This document shows positions 20,483 to 30,542 of a DNA stretch of 40,283 nt, one piece after another. The notes under the pieces are model-generated. The model did no database searches and was not told the origin of the DNA. It was given only the letters and a program-made list of their open reading frames with translations. Source of the stretch: Thermodesulfobacteriota bacterium. Its GTDB lineage: Bacteria; Desulfobacterota_D; UBA1144; Nemesobacterales; N074bin48. Positions within the stretch are counted from its first letter, which is position 1, and each line of letters opens with the position of its first letter. The position numbers and the translations under genes are program-made. The DNA lies in the NCBI GenBank assembly GCA_041572575.1, contig JBFFSH010000020.1:1-40283 (forward strand), given 5' to 3'.

Positions 20483-21739
20483 ATGCAGCACGATGTTAAA
20501 GATTTAGCACTAGCAAAAGAAGGTAAATTAAGAAGCGAATGGGCTTTTCAGGAAATGCCTGTACTCTCTCAAATTCAACAAAGATTTAAAAAACAAAAAC
20601 CACTTAAAGGAATTACAATTGCTGCATGTCTGCATGTAACAACTGAAACAGGCAACCTTGCTATTACACTAAAAGAAGGTGGTGCAAACGTTGCTCTATG
20701 TGCTTCTAATCCTCTAAGTACCCAGGATGATGTAGCTGCGCATCTTGTAAAAAATCATAAAATTTCAGTATTTGCCATTAAAGGCGAGAACACAAAAGTA
20801 TATTACAACCATATTAATAGTGCGCTGGATCAAAAACCTCAAATTACAATGGATGACGGCGCTGATCTGGTATCGACAATACATACAACGAGAAAAGACG
20901 TACTAGAAGGCGTTATAGGTGGAACCGAAGAAACAACCACTGGTGTTATCCGTCTAAAAAGCATGTCCAAGAACAATATACTAAAATATCCGATAGTTGC
21001 TGTAAATGACGCTAATACAAAACATTTATTTGATAACAGATACGGTACAGGACAAAGCACACTTGACGGCATAATAAGGGCTACAAACAGACTTATTTCA
21101 GGTTCTACATTTGTGGTATGCGGCTACGGCTGGTGCGGTAAGGGTCTTGCAATGAGAGCCAGAGGGCTAGGCGCAAATGTGATAGTCACAGAGATTGACC
21201 AATTAGCCGGTCTTGAAGCTGTTATGGATGGATTTAGAGTTATGCCTATCGCAGATGCTGCCAAACTTGGTGACTTTTTCTGCACTGTTACAGGAAACAT
21301 TAATGTAATAAGAAGAGAGCATTTTCCAAATATGAAAGACGGAGCAATTGTTGCAAATTCAGGTCATTTTAATGTTGAGCTCGACCTTGATGGACTTAAG
21401 AAAATTTCCAAATCTACAAGAGACATAAGAGAATATGTAAAGGAATATACACTTAAAAATGGTAAAAGAATTAATGTTCTAGGTGAAGGAAGACTAATTA
21501 ATCTTGCAGCTGCCGAAGGTCATCCATCAAGCGTTATGGACATGAGCTTTGCAAATCAGGCCTTATGCGCCGAGTATATGGTTAAAAATGCAAAGAAACT
21601 CGAAAACATAGTATACGATGTTCCTCCAAAGGTAGATAGTTCAGTTGCTGATCTAAAATTAAAAGCACTAAATGTTAAAATAGATAAACTAACACCAGAA
21701 CAGGACAAATACTTAAACTCCTGGGATATGGGAACATAA
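20483..21739 (+). CDS. ahcY: Adenosylhomocysteinase (short form)
   Basis: [52 protein letters not shown] at 20483 after GGAGG. Confidence 0.97.
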   Translation: MQHDVKDLALAKEGKLRSEWAFQEMPVLSQIQQRFKKQKPLKGITIAACLHVTTETGNLAITLKEGGANVALCASNPLSTQDDVAAHLVKNHKISVFAIKGENTKVYYNHINSALDQKPQITMDDGADLVSTIHTTRKDVLEGVIGGTEETTTGVIRLKSMSKNNILKYPIVAVNDANTKHLFDNRYGTGQSTLDGIIRATNRLISGSTFVVCGYGWCGKGLAMRARGLGANVIVTEIDQLAGLEAVMDGFRVMPIADAAKLGDFFCTVTGNINVIRREHFPNMKDGAIVANSGHFNVELDLDGLKKISKSTRDIREYVKEYTLKNGKRINVLGEGRLINLAAAEGHPSSVMDMSFANQALCAEYMVKNAKKLENIVYDVPPKVDSSVADLKLKALNVKIDKLTPEQDKYLNSWDMGT

Positions 21740-21752
21740 ATAGCTCTTTTAT

Positions 21753-22640
21753 ATGGAAGAATATGTAGATTCTTATTACTCTTACCTTGCTGTCATTAAA
21801 GGTTTATCAGATAATACACTTGAATCATACATAAGAGACTGCAAAAAGTTTGTTTTATACCTAAAACAAAAAAATATCAATAATCTTGCAGATATAACGC
21901 ACTCTCATATTTTGGATTTTCTAACCATATTAAAAGATAAAAACTCTAAGCCAAAGACTATTGCAAGATATATAGTCTCTATTAAGCAGTTTTTCAAATA
22001 TCTGCTTATAGAAAAGATTATTACTGAAGATCCTACAGTAAATATAAAAACACCTAAATTAAGTGTAACCCTTCCGGATATACTTACATTGGAAGACACC
22101 GAAGTTCTTTTAAAATCACCGGATACAGAGACCACTATAGGGCAGAGAGACTCGGTAATGCTTGAAGTATTATATGGAAGCGGAATAAGGGTATCGGAGC
22201 TTATTAATCTGAAATTAAACAGCATTAACTTTGAAATGGGCTGTATTATGGTGATGGGCAAGGGTTCTAAAGAAAGGATTGTACCGCTTGGCAGAATTGC
22301 CATTGATAAAATCAGATCATACCTTCAAGATACAAGAGAAAAACTATTAAAAGGTAAAACATCAGACTATCTGTTTTTAAATAGAAATGGAAAAAATATG
22401 ACCCGTCAGGGTTTTTGGAAAATTCTTAGACAATATGTTATAAAATCAGGTATAAATAAAGTAGTAACGCCCCATACTATCAGACATACTTTTGCATCAC
22501 ATTTATTAGAGAGAGGCGCTGATCTTAGGACTATACAAATACTTTTGGGACATTCTGATATTTCAAGCACCCAGATATACACGCACATTGATGTTAAGAG
22601 GTTAAAAGACATACACAGCAAGCATCATCCAAGAGCGTAG
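21753..22640 (+). CDS. xerD: Tyrosine recombinase XerD
   Basis: RVSEL, GKGSKER, TRQGFWK, PHTIRH, LGH, TQIY, C-terminal HHPRA. Confidence 0.92.
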   Translation: MEEYVDSYYSYLAVIKGLSDNTLESYIRDCKKFVLYLKQKNINNLADITHSHILDFLTILKDKNSKPKTIARYIVSIKQFFKYLLIEKIITEDPTVNIKTPKLSVTLPDILTLEDTEVLLKSPDTETTIGQRDSVMLEVLYGSGIRVSELINLKLNSINFEMGCIMVMGKGSKERIVPLGRIAIDKIRSYLQDTREKLLKGKTSDYLFLNRNGKNMTRQGFWKILRQYVIKSGINKVVTPHTIRHTFASHLLERGADLRTIQILLGHSDISSTQIYTHIDVKRLKDIHSKHHPRA

Positions 22641-22643
22641 GAT

Positions 22644-23324
22644 ATGGATATTAATCTAAATTTTATAATAATAGCAGCACCTGTAATACTGTTTGCCCTC
22701 ACAATTCACGAGTACTGTCATGCGCTTGTTGCTTTTAAGCTTGGAGATGATACTGCCGCCCTTCAGGGAAGACTGACTTTAAATCCCATAATGCACCTGG
22801 ATCCAATTGGAACAATAATGATGTTCCTTGCAGGATTTGGTTGGGCAAGACCAGTACCAGTAAATCCTCTTAATTTCAAAGACCCTGAGAAAGGCATGAT
22901 GCTTGTTGCCATTGCCGGACCTATTTCTAATATAATTACAGCCATAGTTGCCGGACTAGCACTCAAGTTTATACTTTCCGATCCATCTTTTTCTGTTGAA
23001 ACAAATGGCGGGGCATATAACACATTAGTTTTAATATTAATACTAAATGTAGTGTTTGGAATTGCTCTAGCTGTGTTTAATATGATACCAATACCTCCAC
23101 TGGACGGCTCCAGAGTTCTGTATGCTTATTTACCCCGAAGGTTTGCCGATGCTTATGGCAAACTCGAACAATATGGTTTCTTTTTCTTAATCATAATTTT
23201 TATATTCGCAGGTAGTCTGTTTGGAAAGTTTTTATGGTATCCCATTTCAATACTTAGTAAATTGATAACAGGTTTTGATTATTATTACCTTAGTTACTTA
23301 ATACAATTTTTAACCAATCAATAA
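22644..23324 (+). CDS. Site-2 protease family (M50) intramembrane metalloprotease
   Basis: HEYCH, GWARPVPVNP, AGPISN, FNMIPIPPLDG, multiple TM helices. Confidence 0.93.
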   Translation: MDINLNFIIIAAPVILFALTIHEYCHALVAFKLGDDTAALQGRLTLNPIMHLDPIGTIMMFLAGFGWARPVPVNPLNFKDPEKGMMLVAIAGPISNIITAIVAGLALKFILSDPSFSVETNGGAYNTLVLILILNVVFGIALAVFNMIPIPPLDGSRVLYAYLPRRFADAYGKLEQYGFFFLIIIFIFAGSLFGKFLWYPISILSKLITGFDYYYLSYLIQFLTNQ

Positions 23325-23325
23325 T

Positions 23326-24090
23326 ATGGAAACTGAAATACTAGAATCCTGTACTGTACAACTGGAATCCTTTGAAGGCCCTTTAGACCTTCTTCTGCAT
23401 TTAATAAAAAAACATGAAATTGATATTTATGATATTCCAATTGCTCTAATATCCGAACAGTACAATCAGTATATCGATTTAATGAAAGACCTGAATCTCG
23501 ATATAGTGGGAGATTACTTAAAGATGGCTGCTGAGCTTGGTTACATAAAATCCCGAATGCTCCTTCCAAAACCTCAGCTTGAAGAAGAGGAAGAAGGACA
23601 AGACCCAAGAGAAGAACTGGTAAAAAGACTAATAGAATATCAGAGATATAAAGACGCTTCTTATCAGTTATTTTCTCTTGACCTTTTAGGAAGAGATATT
23701 TATACACGCAAGTTTGATGAATTAACAACGATGGACCTGCAAGAATTTCAGGATCCAATAAGGGTTGACCTATGGACTCTTGTAGATGCATTTAAAACAG
23801 TACTGGAAAGAAAGACCTCTTCTCAAACAGAAGAAGCTAATTTGATATTTGAACCTGAGATAATTACTGTAGAAGATAAGATGGAAGAAATAGTACAAAG
23901 ACTCGAAGAATATGAATCATTTTCTTTTTTTGATTTATTTGATATAAACGGTCCTAAATCCATATTAATTACCACATTTTTAGCCCTTTTAGAATTAATA
24001 AAACAACAGGTAGTAGCAGTAATTCAGCCCGAGCAGTTTTCGGATATTAAAATCACTTTTGCAGGAGATGCTCAAATTGCAGAACATTGA
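23326..24090 (+). CDS. scpA: Segregation and condensation protein A (kleisin)
   Basis: FEGPLDLLLHLI, KSRMLLP, DPREELV, FLALLEL. Confidence 0.95.
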   Translation: METEILESCTVQLESFEGPLDLLLHLIKKHEIDIYDIPIALISEQYNQYIDLMKDLNLDIVGDYLKMAAELGYIKSRMLLPKPQLEEEEEGQDPREELVKRLIEYQRYKDASYQLFSLDLLGRDIYTRKFDELTTMDLQEFQDPIRVDLWTLVDAFKTVLERKTSSQTEEANLIFEPEIITVEDKMEEIVQRLEEYESFSFFDLFDINGPKSILITTFLALLELIKQQVVAVIQPEQFSDIKITFAGDAQIAEH

Positions 24091-24643
24091 TCTGGATAAA
24101 GCAATTGAATCTATAATATTTATTTCTGAAAGACCTGTAAGCCTTAAGGATCTTTCTAAAATCTTTACAGAAAACAATAAAAAAGAGATAAGAGACGCTT
24201 TAAACAATCTCATTGATTACTGGAAAGAAAGTAACAGGGGTATGACCCTTGAAGAAGTATCAGAAGGCTATCAATTTAGAACAAGACCTGAATACAGCGT
24301 TTTTATAGCTAAGTTTAAGGATGAAAAACCTTTTAGACTAAGTAGAGCTGCACTTGAAGTTTTATCCATAATCGCATATAAACAGCCTTTAACAAAAATA
24401 GAAGTAGATCATATCAGAGGAGTAGACTCATCGGGAGTATTCGGGATGCTTCTGGAAAGGGGCTATATAAAGATATCAGGCAGAAAGGAAGTACTCGGAA
24501 GACCATTTATCTATGAAACCACAAGTGAATTCCTGGAAACTTTTGGGCTCAAAGATCTAAAAGATCTTCCAACGCTAAAAGAACTAGAAGAGATAGAAGA
24601 ATCTATGGATAAATCAATCCTCAGCCTTGATCTTAACCAGTAG
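24068..24643 (+). CDS. scpB: Segregation and condensation protein B
   Basis: IESIIF, LSRAALEVLSIIAYKQP, IRGV, GRP..Y.T...FL..FGL. Start uncertain (ATG 24068 or TTG 24077). Confidence 0.95.
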   Translation: MLKLQNIDLDKAIESIIFISERPVSLKDLSKIFTENNKKEIRDALNNLIDYWKESNRGMTLEEVSEGYQFRTRPEYSVFIAKFKDEKPFRLSRAALEVLSIIAYKQPLTKIEVDHIRGVDSSGVFGMLLERGYIKISGRKEVLGRPFIYETTSEFLETFGLKDLKDLPTLKELEEIEESMDKSILSLDLNQ

Positions 24644-25045
24644 TTCTTTTTCCTTTTCTCTCATCACGATAGTTTCTTTTTTCTTTTTATGATCAAAACC
24701 TAAAAGGTGGAGTATGCCGTGAACTAATAATTTTTTTATCTCATCATCAAAACTGTTTGCATATCTCTCGGCGTGCCTTTTTGCCGTATCAACTGAAATT
24801 ACAATATCACCGAGAATAGAAAAATCAGGACCGTCCTGTGGGAAAGATAGTACGTCTGTAGCTCTGTTAATGTTTCTATATGTTTTATTCAACAGTCGTA
24901 TAGCTGAATCATTAATAAATGAAATACAAACCTGACAATCTTTTGACTGATCCAGTAATTTAAGAATTAATAGTACATCAGATTTTATCTCTTTCTTTTC
25001 ATCTTTATCAAAGTAATCATTATTATCAAGAATTGTAATTTTCAT
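24614..25045 (-). CDS. ybeY: rRNA maturation endoribonuclease YbeY
   Basis: LN..YR...ATDVLSF, LGDIVIS, HGILHLLGFDH; ATG at 25045 chosen as start. Confidence 0.95.
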   Translation of the reverse strand: MKITILDNNDYFDKDEKKEIKSDVLLILKLLDQSKDCQVCISFINDSAIRLLNKTYRNINRATDVLSFPQDGPDFSILGDIVISVDTAKRHAERYANSFDDEIKKLLVHGILHLLGFDHKKKKETIVMREKEKELLVKIKAED

Positions 25046-25100
25046 TATTTTGGTTAGGTATATTAACAATTAATAAATGTAGATTCTAATAATATTATAT

Positions 25101-26432
25101 ATGAATACAAATTATAAACCGCTTGTAGCAATAGTTGGCAGACCCAACGTGGGTAAGTCTACTCTTTTTAATAGAATAACAGGTATGCAAAAAGCCATTG
25201 TGCAGGATATGCCGGGGGTTACCAGAGACAGACTATATGCCGATGCCGACTGGGACGGCAGGGAATTTCAGGTTGTAGATACTGGTGGACTTGATCCCGA
25301 TACAAAAGATTACTTTTTGGCACTGGTAAAAGAACAAATTGATGTTGCGCTTAGTGAAGCTGACCTGATAGTAGTAGTATTAGATGGTAAAGCAGGTTTG
25401 ATGCCGCAGGATAAAGAAGTTATGGAGCTTCTTAGAAAAACCAATAAACCCGTACTATACACAATCAATAAAATAGATAACGAAAAACATGAATCAAGTC
25501 TATATGAATTTGCCGAGCTCGGAGTTGATGATTTTTTTATGATATCAGCTTCTCACGGAAGAAATGTAGATGCGCTGCTAGACAGAATAGTAGAAATCGT
25601 TCCACAAAAAAGAGTTGAATTTGAAAAGTCCGATCATATAAGGGTCTCTATACTTGGCAAACCCAACGTTGGTAAATCTACCCTTCTCAACAAACTCTCC
25701 GGCGATGACCGAATGATTACAAGCCCTGTTCCAGGTACAACAAGAGATTCAATTGATTGTATTATCAAATATCACAAAAAAGAATACCTGTTTGTCGACA
25801 CTGCCGGAATAAGAAGAAGATCCAAGATAGATGAAAGACTTGAACAAATAACCGTATCAAAAGCCATAAGCACAATAGAAAGATCAGATGTTGTACTGCT
25901 TATGATAGATGGACAGCAGGGACCTACACATCAGGACTGCAGGATTGCCGATCTTATAAAATCCAAGGGTAAAGGCTGTATTATTTTACTAAACAAATGG
26001 GACCTGGTACCCGAAGAACTGGCTCAGACACCTGGTATACAAGATAAATTACTGGAACAGTTAAAAGGTATCGATTATGCTCCTGTAATAATCATCTCCG
26101 CACTGAATGGAAAAAATGTAACCAAGATATTCTCTAAGATTGATCAGGTATATTCAAATCTCAATCAAAAACTAAACACGAACAATCTTAATAATTATCT
26201 GAAAGAGTTAATGCAGGCTACCCCTCCCCCTCTTTTTAAAGGAAAGGAGACAAAAATATATTACATATCGCAGACAAATGTTAACCCTCCTACATTTGTA
26301 ATGTTTACTAACAGAACAAAAGGATTTCCCGAACATTATAAAAGCTTCCTTGAAAACAGGTTCAGAGAAAAATATGATTTGGAGGGAGTACCTATTTGGT
26401 TTATTTTTAGAAGTAGAAAAGACAATAAATAA
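25101..26432 (+). CDS. der: Ribosome biogenesis GTPase Der (EngA)
   Basis: Two G domains: GRPNVGKS/DTGG/NKID and GKPNVGKS/DTAG/NKWD; KH-like C-terminus. Confidence 0.97.
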   Translation: MNTNYKPLVAIVGRPNVGKSTLFNRITGMQKAIVQDMPGVTRDRLYADADWDGREFQVVDTGGLDPDTKDYFLALVKEQIDVALSEADLIVVVLDGKAGLMPQDKEVMELLRKTNKPVLYTINKIDNEKHESSLYEFAELGVDDFFMISASHGRNVDALLDRIVEIVPQKRVEFEKSDHIRVSILGKPNVGKSTLLNKLSGDDRMITSPVPGTTRDSIDCIIKYHKKEYLFVDTAGIRRRSKIDERLEQITVSKAISTIERSDVVLLMIDGQQGPTHQDCRIADLIKSKGKGCIILLNKWDLVPEELAQTPGIQDKLLEQLKGIDYAPVIIISALNGKNVTKIFSKIDQVYSNLNQKLNTNNLNNYLKELMQATPPPLFKGKETKIYYISQTNVNPPTFVMFTNRTKGFPEHYKSFLENRFREKYDLEGVPIWFIFRSRKDNK

Positions 26433-26437
26433 TAGTT

Positions 26438-27661
26438 CTATCCAAGGACTTTAATAATCTCATCTTCTATATCTTTTGTCCTGTCAGGAGCTAGATACAG
26501 ATTTTTAATTCTCTTTAGTCCCGCATTTCCCATTTTTGTTCTCTTGCTCTTACTATCAAGAAGATCTATTATTCTTTCTGTCATTTCATCCAGATCACCA
26601 GGATCGCACAGATAGCCGTTTTCGTTGTTCAGTACAGACTCTGTAATTCCTCCTATATTAAACCCAACAACTGGTTTAGAAAATGACATGGCTTCAATCA
26701 CTGATCTTGGAAACGGATCTGGGTAATCTGAAGTTAAAACAAAAATATCAAAATCTTTTAAATACGACCTCACATCATCTTTGTAGCCTGTAAAAATAAA
26801 TTTATTAGATAATTTGCTGTCGGCAACCTGCCTTTTAAGTACTTCTAACTGATCTATCCTGAAATAATAAGGGGTATTGCCTACAATAACGAACATAACT
26901 TTGTTAAACAGATCATTGCGGTCAGCTTTTAATTTATTGGCAATATCTATAAATATTTCATACTTTTTTCTTGGAACAATTCTTCCAGTCGTACCAATCA
27001 ATACCTGCTCTTTTTTAACTTTATATTCTTCTCTTAGTACAGCTTTTACTTTTCTGGCGTTAAAATCACGAATGTCTACTCCGTTATTTATTACTATTGT
27101 TTTATCTGAAGAAAGTTTAAACTGTGCTGCTGTTGGTATCGATACACAGATAATCTTCTTTATAACCGGTAAAAGTGAAAGAAGGTTCATAGTAAAAATA
27201 AGAGGAAGCTTGAGCTGAATATTTCTTACGTGCCATATGACAGGTTTCCAGTTTAATAGCCCTATAAATGCTCCAACTATTTTTGCCACCGTTCCGTTAC
27301 AATAGACAAGATCAATATCATTCTTTTTGAGTATAGACCGTGATGTGAGTACAAAAGATATTAAATCAAATATATTTACTAATATACTAATATAAAATTT
27401 AATATTTGCCCCCGAGCCTGCATCCCATTTAAATCCAAGCCTTGGGCGCATCACATTTTCTGGAAATCTCTTATCTACAATGATATTTTTATAAATACCT
27501 TCATTTTTAAGATCCTGAGAAAATACATCATCTGCAGGAATTAACACAAATGGTTTTATTTTTTCTCTGTCCAGATATTTAAGTATATAAAAAAGGCTCT
27601 TTCCTGGACCTCCATGCCTTATAGAGTGGTTTATAAACAGTACATTTTTAGTATTCTTCAT
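26438..27661 (-). CDS. Glycosyltransferase family 4 (GT-B)
   Basis: GGPGKS, WHVR, INNGVD, GRIVPRK, DPFPRSVIEAM, GGITE. Confidence 0.9.
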   Translation of the reverse strand: MKNTKNVLFINHSIRHGGPGKSLFYILKYLDREKIKPFVLIPADDVFSQDLKNEGIYKNIIVDKRFPENVMRPRLGFKWDAGSGANIKFYISILVNIFDLISFVLTSRSILKKNDIDLVYCNGTVAKIVGAFIGLLNWKPVIWHVRNIQLKLPLIFTMNLLSLLPVIKKIICVSIPTAAQFKLSSDKTIVINNGVDIRDFNARKVKAVLREEYKVKKEQVLIGTTGRIVPRKKYEIFIDIANKLKADRNDLFNKVMFVIVGNTPYYFRIDQLEVLKRQVADSKLSNKFIFTGYKDDVRSYLKDFDIFVLTSDYPDPFPRSVIEAMSFSKPVVGFNIGGITESVLNNENGYLCDPGDLDEMTERIIDLLDSKSKRTKMGNAGLKRIKNLYLAPDRTKDIEDEIIKVLG

Positions 27662-27762
27662 AATAATTTTTAAATTATTAGCAATTTAACATGAAATATT
27701 CTTTTCCAAAACAATATTTTAAGTTATACTTTAACTTTGAGGACTAACATAGGAGATTGATT

Positions 27763-28422
27763 ATGATATTTTATAAGAGAATTTTTGTATCTATAGTAGC
27801 AATTTTAACTATATCTTTTTTTTCAGTTGGCGGTTGTGATATAGATTTTAGCACTGATGATTCCAGTGGAGGCAGTATTTCTGAGATGGAATCTATGAGT
27901 GGACAGATAATTGATATTATTCCATCAATTAGTATTGAAGGGATTACAGCAGAAATAACTAATACTGAGGACGTAACCTCCAGTGATAGCACAGATTCAT
28001 CGGGCAACTTCTTTTTTGCAGGAGATTTTAACGCAAGCCCGGAAGTAGTAACATTCTTAGACTCTGGAGGCGTTAGCCTTGGTAACTTCAGTGTAAATAT
28101 ATTCCCCGGAGCAGATGTTGATCTTGGAGACGTTAGAATTGACAATGGAACAGTGTCTTTGGATTTTGATGTCATGGTAATATTTTTTGGAGATATAACT
28201 GCAATAAACTGTGTTGATAATGACGGATCAATCGACGTAGAGGTTGATAATGTAGATGTAACAGTTCAGATTGATGGCTCTACAGATTTAGAAAGGGAAA
28301 GTGACAATGATAATATAACCTGTGATGATTTAATATTAGGACAGGAAGTAAGAGTAGACGGTGATATGCCAAATCCTACAGGAAATATCGTAGAGGCTTC
28401 CGAAGTACAGGTCCAGGACTAA
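27763..28422 (+). CDS. Acidic putative lipoprotein (beta-sandwich N-domain + DUF5666-like C-domain)
   Basis: Signal peptide ending VGGC; very Asp-rich mature part; C-terminal G.I..I...V.IDGST...DL..GQEVRVDG...ASEV pattern; AGGAG RBS. Confidence 0.65.
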   Translation: MIFYKRIFVSIVAILTISFFSVGGCDIDFSTDDSSGGSISEMESMSGQIIDIIPSISIEGITAEITNTEDVTSSDSTDSSGNFFFAGDFNASPEVVTFLDSGGVSLGNFSVNIFPGADVDLGDVRIDNGTVSLDFDVMVIFFGDITAINCVDNDGSIDVEVDNVDVTVQIDGSTDLERESDNDNITCDDLILGQEVRVDGDMPNPTGNIVEASEVQVQD

Positions 28423-28423
28423 T

Positions 28424-30001
28424 CTAAAACCAGCTGAAACTCGGTTTTTTCCTGCGCCTCCTTCTGGTTTTGCCACCCAGGCCTAGTACTCCCAATATGC
28501 CTCTGGTTACTTCTCTTGCGACAGTTCTGCCTATCTGTCTTCCAAAAGTACTGTTTATAATACTTGAGCTTTTAGATTCCTTTTTTCTTTGTTTTTCAAT
28601 TTTTACCTGCTGTTTTTTTATTTCTTTTTGTTTTTCTTCTTCTTTAAAGTCGAGTATTTTTCTTTCTAGCATTTCATACGCACTTTCTCTGTCCAGTGTT
28701 TCATTGTATTTTTTAACCAGTCTAGATGAATCTATGGTTTGAGTTATTTCAGAATTACTAAGAATATCCATTCTAGATTTTGGTGCCCGTAGTAGTGTGG
28801 CGGCAAGTGGAGTCGGAATACCTTTTTCATTTAGAACTGTTATAAGAGCCTCTCCTATTCCCATAGAAGTAAGCACCTTGTTGGTATCATAGAATTTTGA
28901 ATCCGGATAGTTTTGTGCAATCATTTTAATAGTCTTTCTATCTTTTGCAGTAAATGCCCTTAGTGCATGCTGTACTTTCATTCCAAGCTGACTTAGTACA
29001 CTATCTGGGATGTCCCTTGGAGTTTGAGTACAAAAATAAATGCCTACAGCTTTTGATCTTATTAACTTTATGATCATTTCAATCTGTTCTAACAGTGCGC
29101 TTGATGCCTGATCAAAAACCAGATGGGCTTCATCTATAAATATCACAAGCTTTGGACAATCAAGATCACCTTCTTCAGGAAAACTTGAATAAATTTCTGC
29201 TAGAAGGCTAAGCATAAAAGTAGAAAACATTTTTGGTTTATCCTGTATATCAGTAAGTCTTAGTATATTAATCTTGCCCCTTCCCTTCTGATCGATCTTT
29301 AATAGGTCATCTACCTCAAACGATTTTTCTCCAAAAAACAGCTCTGCCCCCTGCTGTTCTATTTCTATAATCTTTCTTATTATTGCTCCGGTTGACGCTG
29401 TGGATATTCGCCCGTATTCTTTTTCTATTTCTTTTTTGCCCTCATTTGTTATATATTGAACTGCTTTTTTAAAGTCTTTTAAATCCAGCAGAGGAAGGCC
29501 ATTATCATCACAGTACTTAAAAATTAAAGAAACAACACCCGTCTGCGTATCATTTAGATCAAGTATTTTAGAAAATAGAACGGGGCCGAATTCTGAGACA
29601 GTAGATCTAAGCCTTACTCCATTTTGTTTGGATATGGTCAATAACTCCACAGGATATTCACTTGGATTCCATGATATTCCTATTTGTTCGTGTCTTTCAT
29701 CGATTTTTGGATGACCGGCGCTTGACCTTGCAAGACCACTAAGATCACCTTTTAAATCCATAAGTAATACCGGTATGCTTTTATCCGATAAATTTTCAGC
29801 AAGCACCTGAAGTGTTTTAGTTTTACCCGTTCCGGTTGCACCGGCTATAAGCCCATGTCTGTTTAGTGTCTTAAGCGGAACTTTAACGAGAGTATCCTTT
29901 ATACACTGCCCCTCATACATCGCACCACCGAGTGTTATATAATCCCCTTTGAATGTATAGCCCTTATCAATTACTTTTTTAAACTCTTCAGAATTACTCA
30001 T
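28424..30001 (-). CDS. DUF853/YjgR-type HerA-FtsK superfamily ATPase
   Basis: NRHGLIAGATGTGKT, DLKGDLSG, FIDEAH, LIRSK.VG, QHALRAFT. Confidence 0.9.
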   Translation of the reverse strand: MSNSEEFKKVIDKGYTFKGDYITLGGAMYEGQCIKDTLVKVPLKTLNRHGLIAGATGTGKTKTLQVLAENLSDKSIPVLLMDLKGDLSGLARSSAGHPKIDERHEQIGISWNPSEYPVELLTISKQNGVRLRSTVSEFGPVLFSKILDLNDTQTGVVSLIFKYCDDNGLPLLDLKDFKKAVQYITNEGKKEIEKEYGRISTASTGAIIRKIIEIEQQGAELFFGEKSFEVDDLLKIDQKGRGKINILRLTDIQDKPKMFSTFMLSLLAEIYSSFPEEGDLDCPKLVIFIDEAHLVFDQASSALLEQIEMIIKLIRSKAVGIYFCTQTPRDIPDSVLSQLGMKVQHALRAFTAKDRKTIKMIAQNYPDSKFYDTNKVLTSMGIGEALITVLNEKGIPTPLAATLLRAPKSRMDILSNSEITQTIDSSRLVKKYNETLDRESAYEMLERKILDFKEEEKQKEIKKQQVKIEKQRKKESKSSSIINSTFGRQIGRTVAREVTRGILGVLGLGGKTRRRRRKKPSFSWF

Positions 30002-30137
30002 AATTTATATATAGACTCCCTTGCAAAATAAGGTTTATATTAAAATTACTGATATTTTATGTCAATTAATATAATTTTATTTTGTTATTAAATTTTATTG
30101 ATTATAATTATTAAAATTTTTCAGATGGAGGAAATTG

Positions 30138-30542
30138 ATGGCTAAAATCACAGAAGTAGAAGGAATTGGACCTACATACGGCGGCAAATTATCTGATGCA
30201 GGAATTAAAACTCAGGAAACACTTCTAAAAGAAGGTGGTACTAAAAAAGGCAGAAAAGAAATTGCCGAAAACACTGGCATAAGTGAAAAACTAATACTTG
30301 AATGGGTTAATCAGGCAGACCTTGCCAGGATTAAGGGAGTTGGGAGTGAATACTCTGACCTGCTCGAAGCATCCGGAGTTGATACTGTTCCTGAGCTAGC
30401 TCAAAGAAACGCTGCAAATTTACACAAGAAAATGGAAGAAGTTAATACAGATAAGAAACTTGTAAGAATACTACCTTCAGAATCACAGGTGGAAGATTGG
30501 GTTAAACAGGCAAAATCTCTTCCAAGAGCCGTGCATTATTAA
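30138..30542 (+). CDS. DUF4332 domain-containing protein (HhH-like repeats)
   Basis: EVEGIGP, WVNQADLARIKGVG, LLEASGVDTVPELAQRN; GGAGG RBS. Confidence 0.85.
   Translation: MAKITEVEGIGPTYGGKLSDAGIKTQETLLKEGGTKKGRKEIAENTGISEKLILEWVNQADLARIKGVGSEYSDLLEASGVDTVPELAQRNAANLHKKMEEVNTDKKLVRILPSESQVEDWVKQAKSLPRAVHY

Noticed and set aside
21753..22640. Tyrosine recombinase as a prophage or island integrase
   Set aside because: XerD-specific features (TRQGFWK, HPRA end, ~295 aa) and a housekeeping context.
28424..30001. HerA-based anti-phage defence system
   Set aside because: The sequence is DUF853/YjgR type and there is no adjacent SIR2, NurA or DUF4297 partner.
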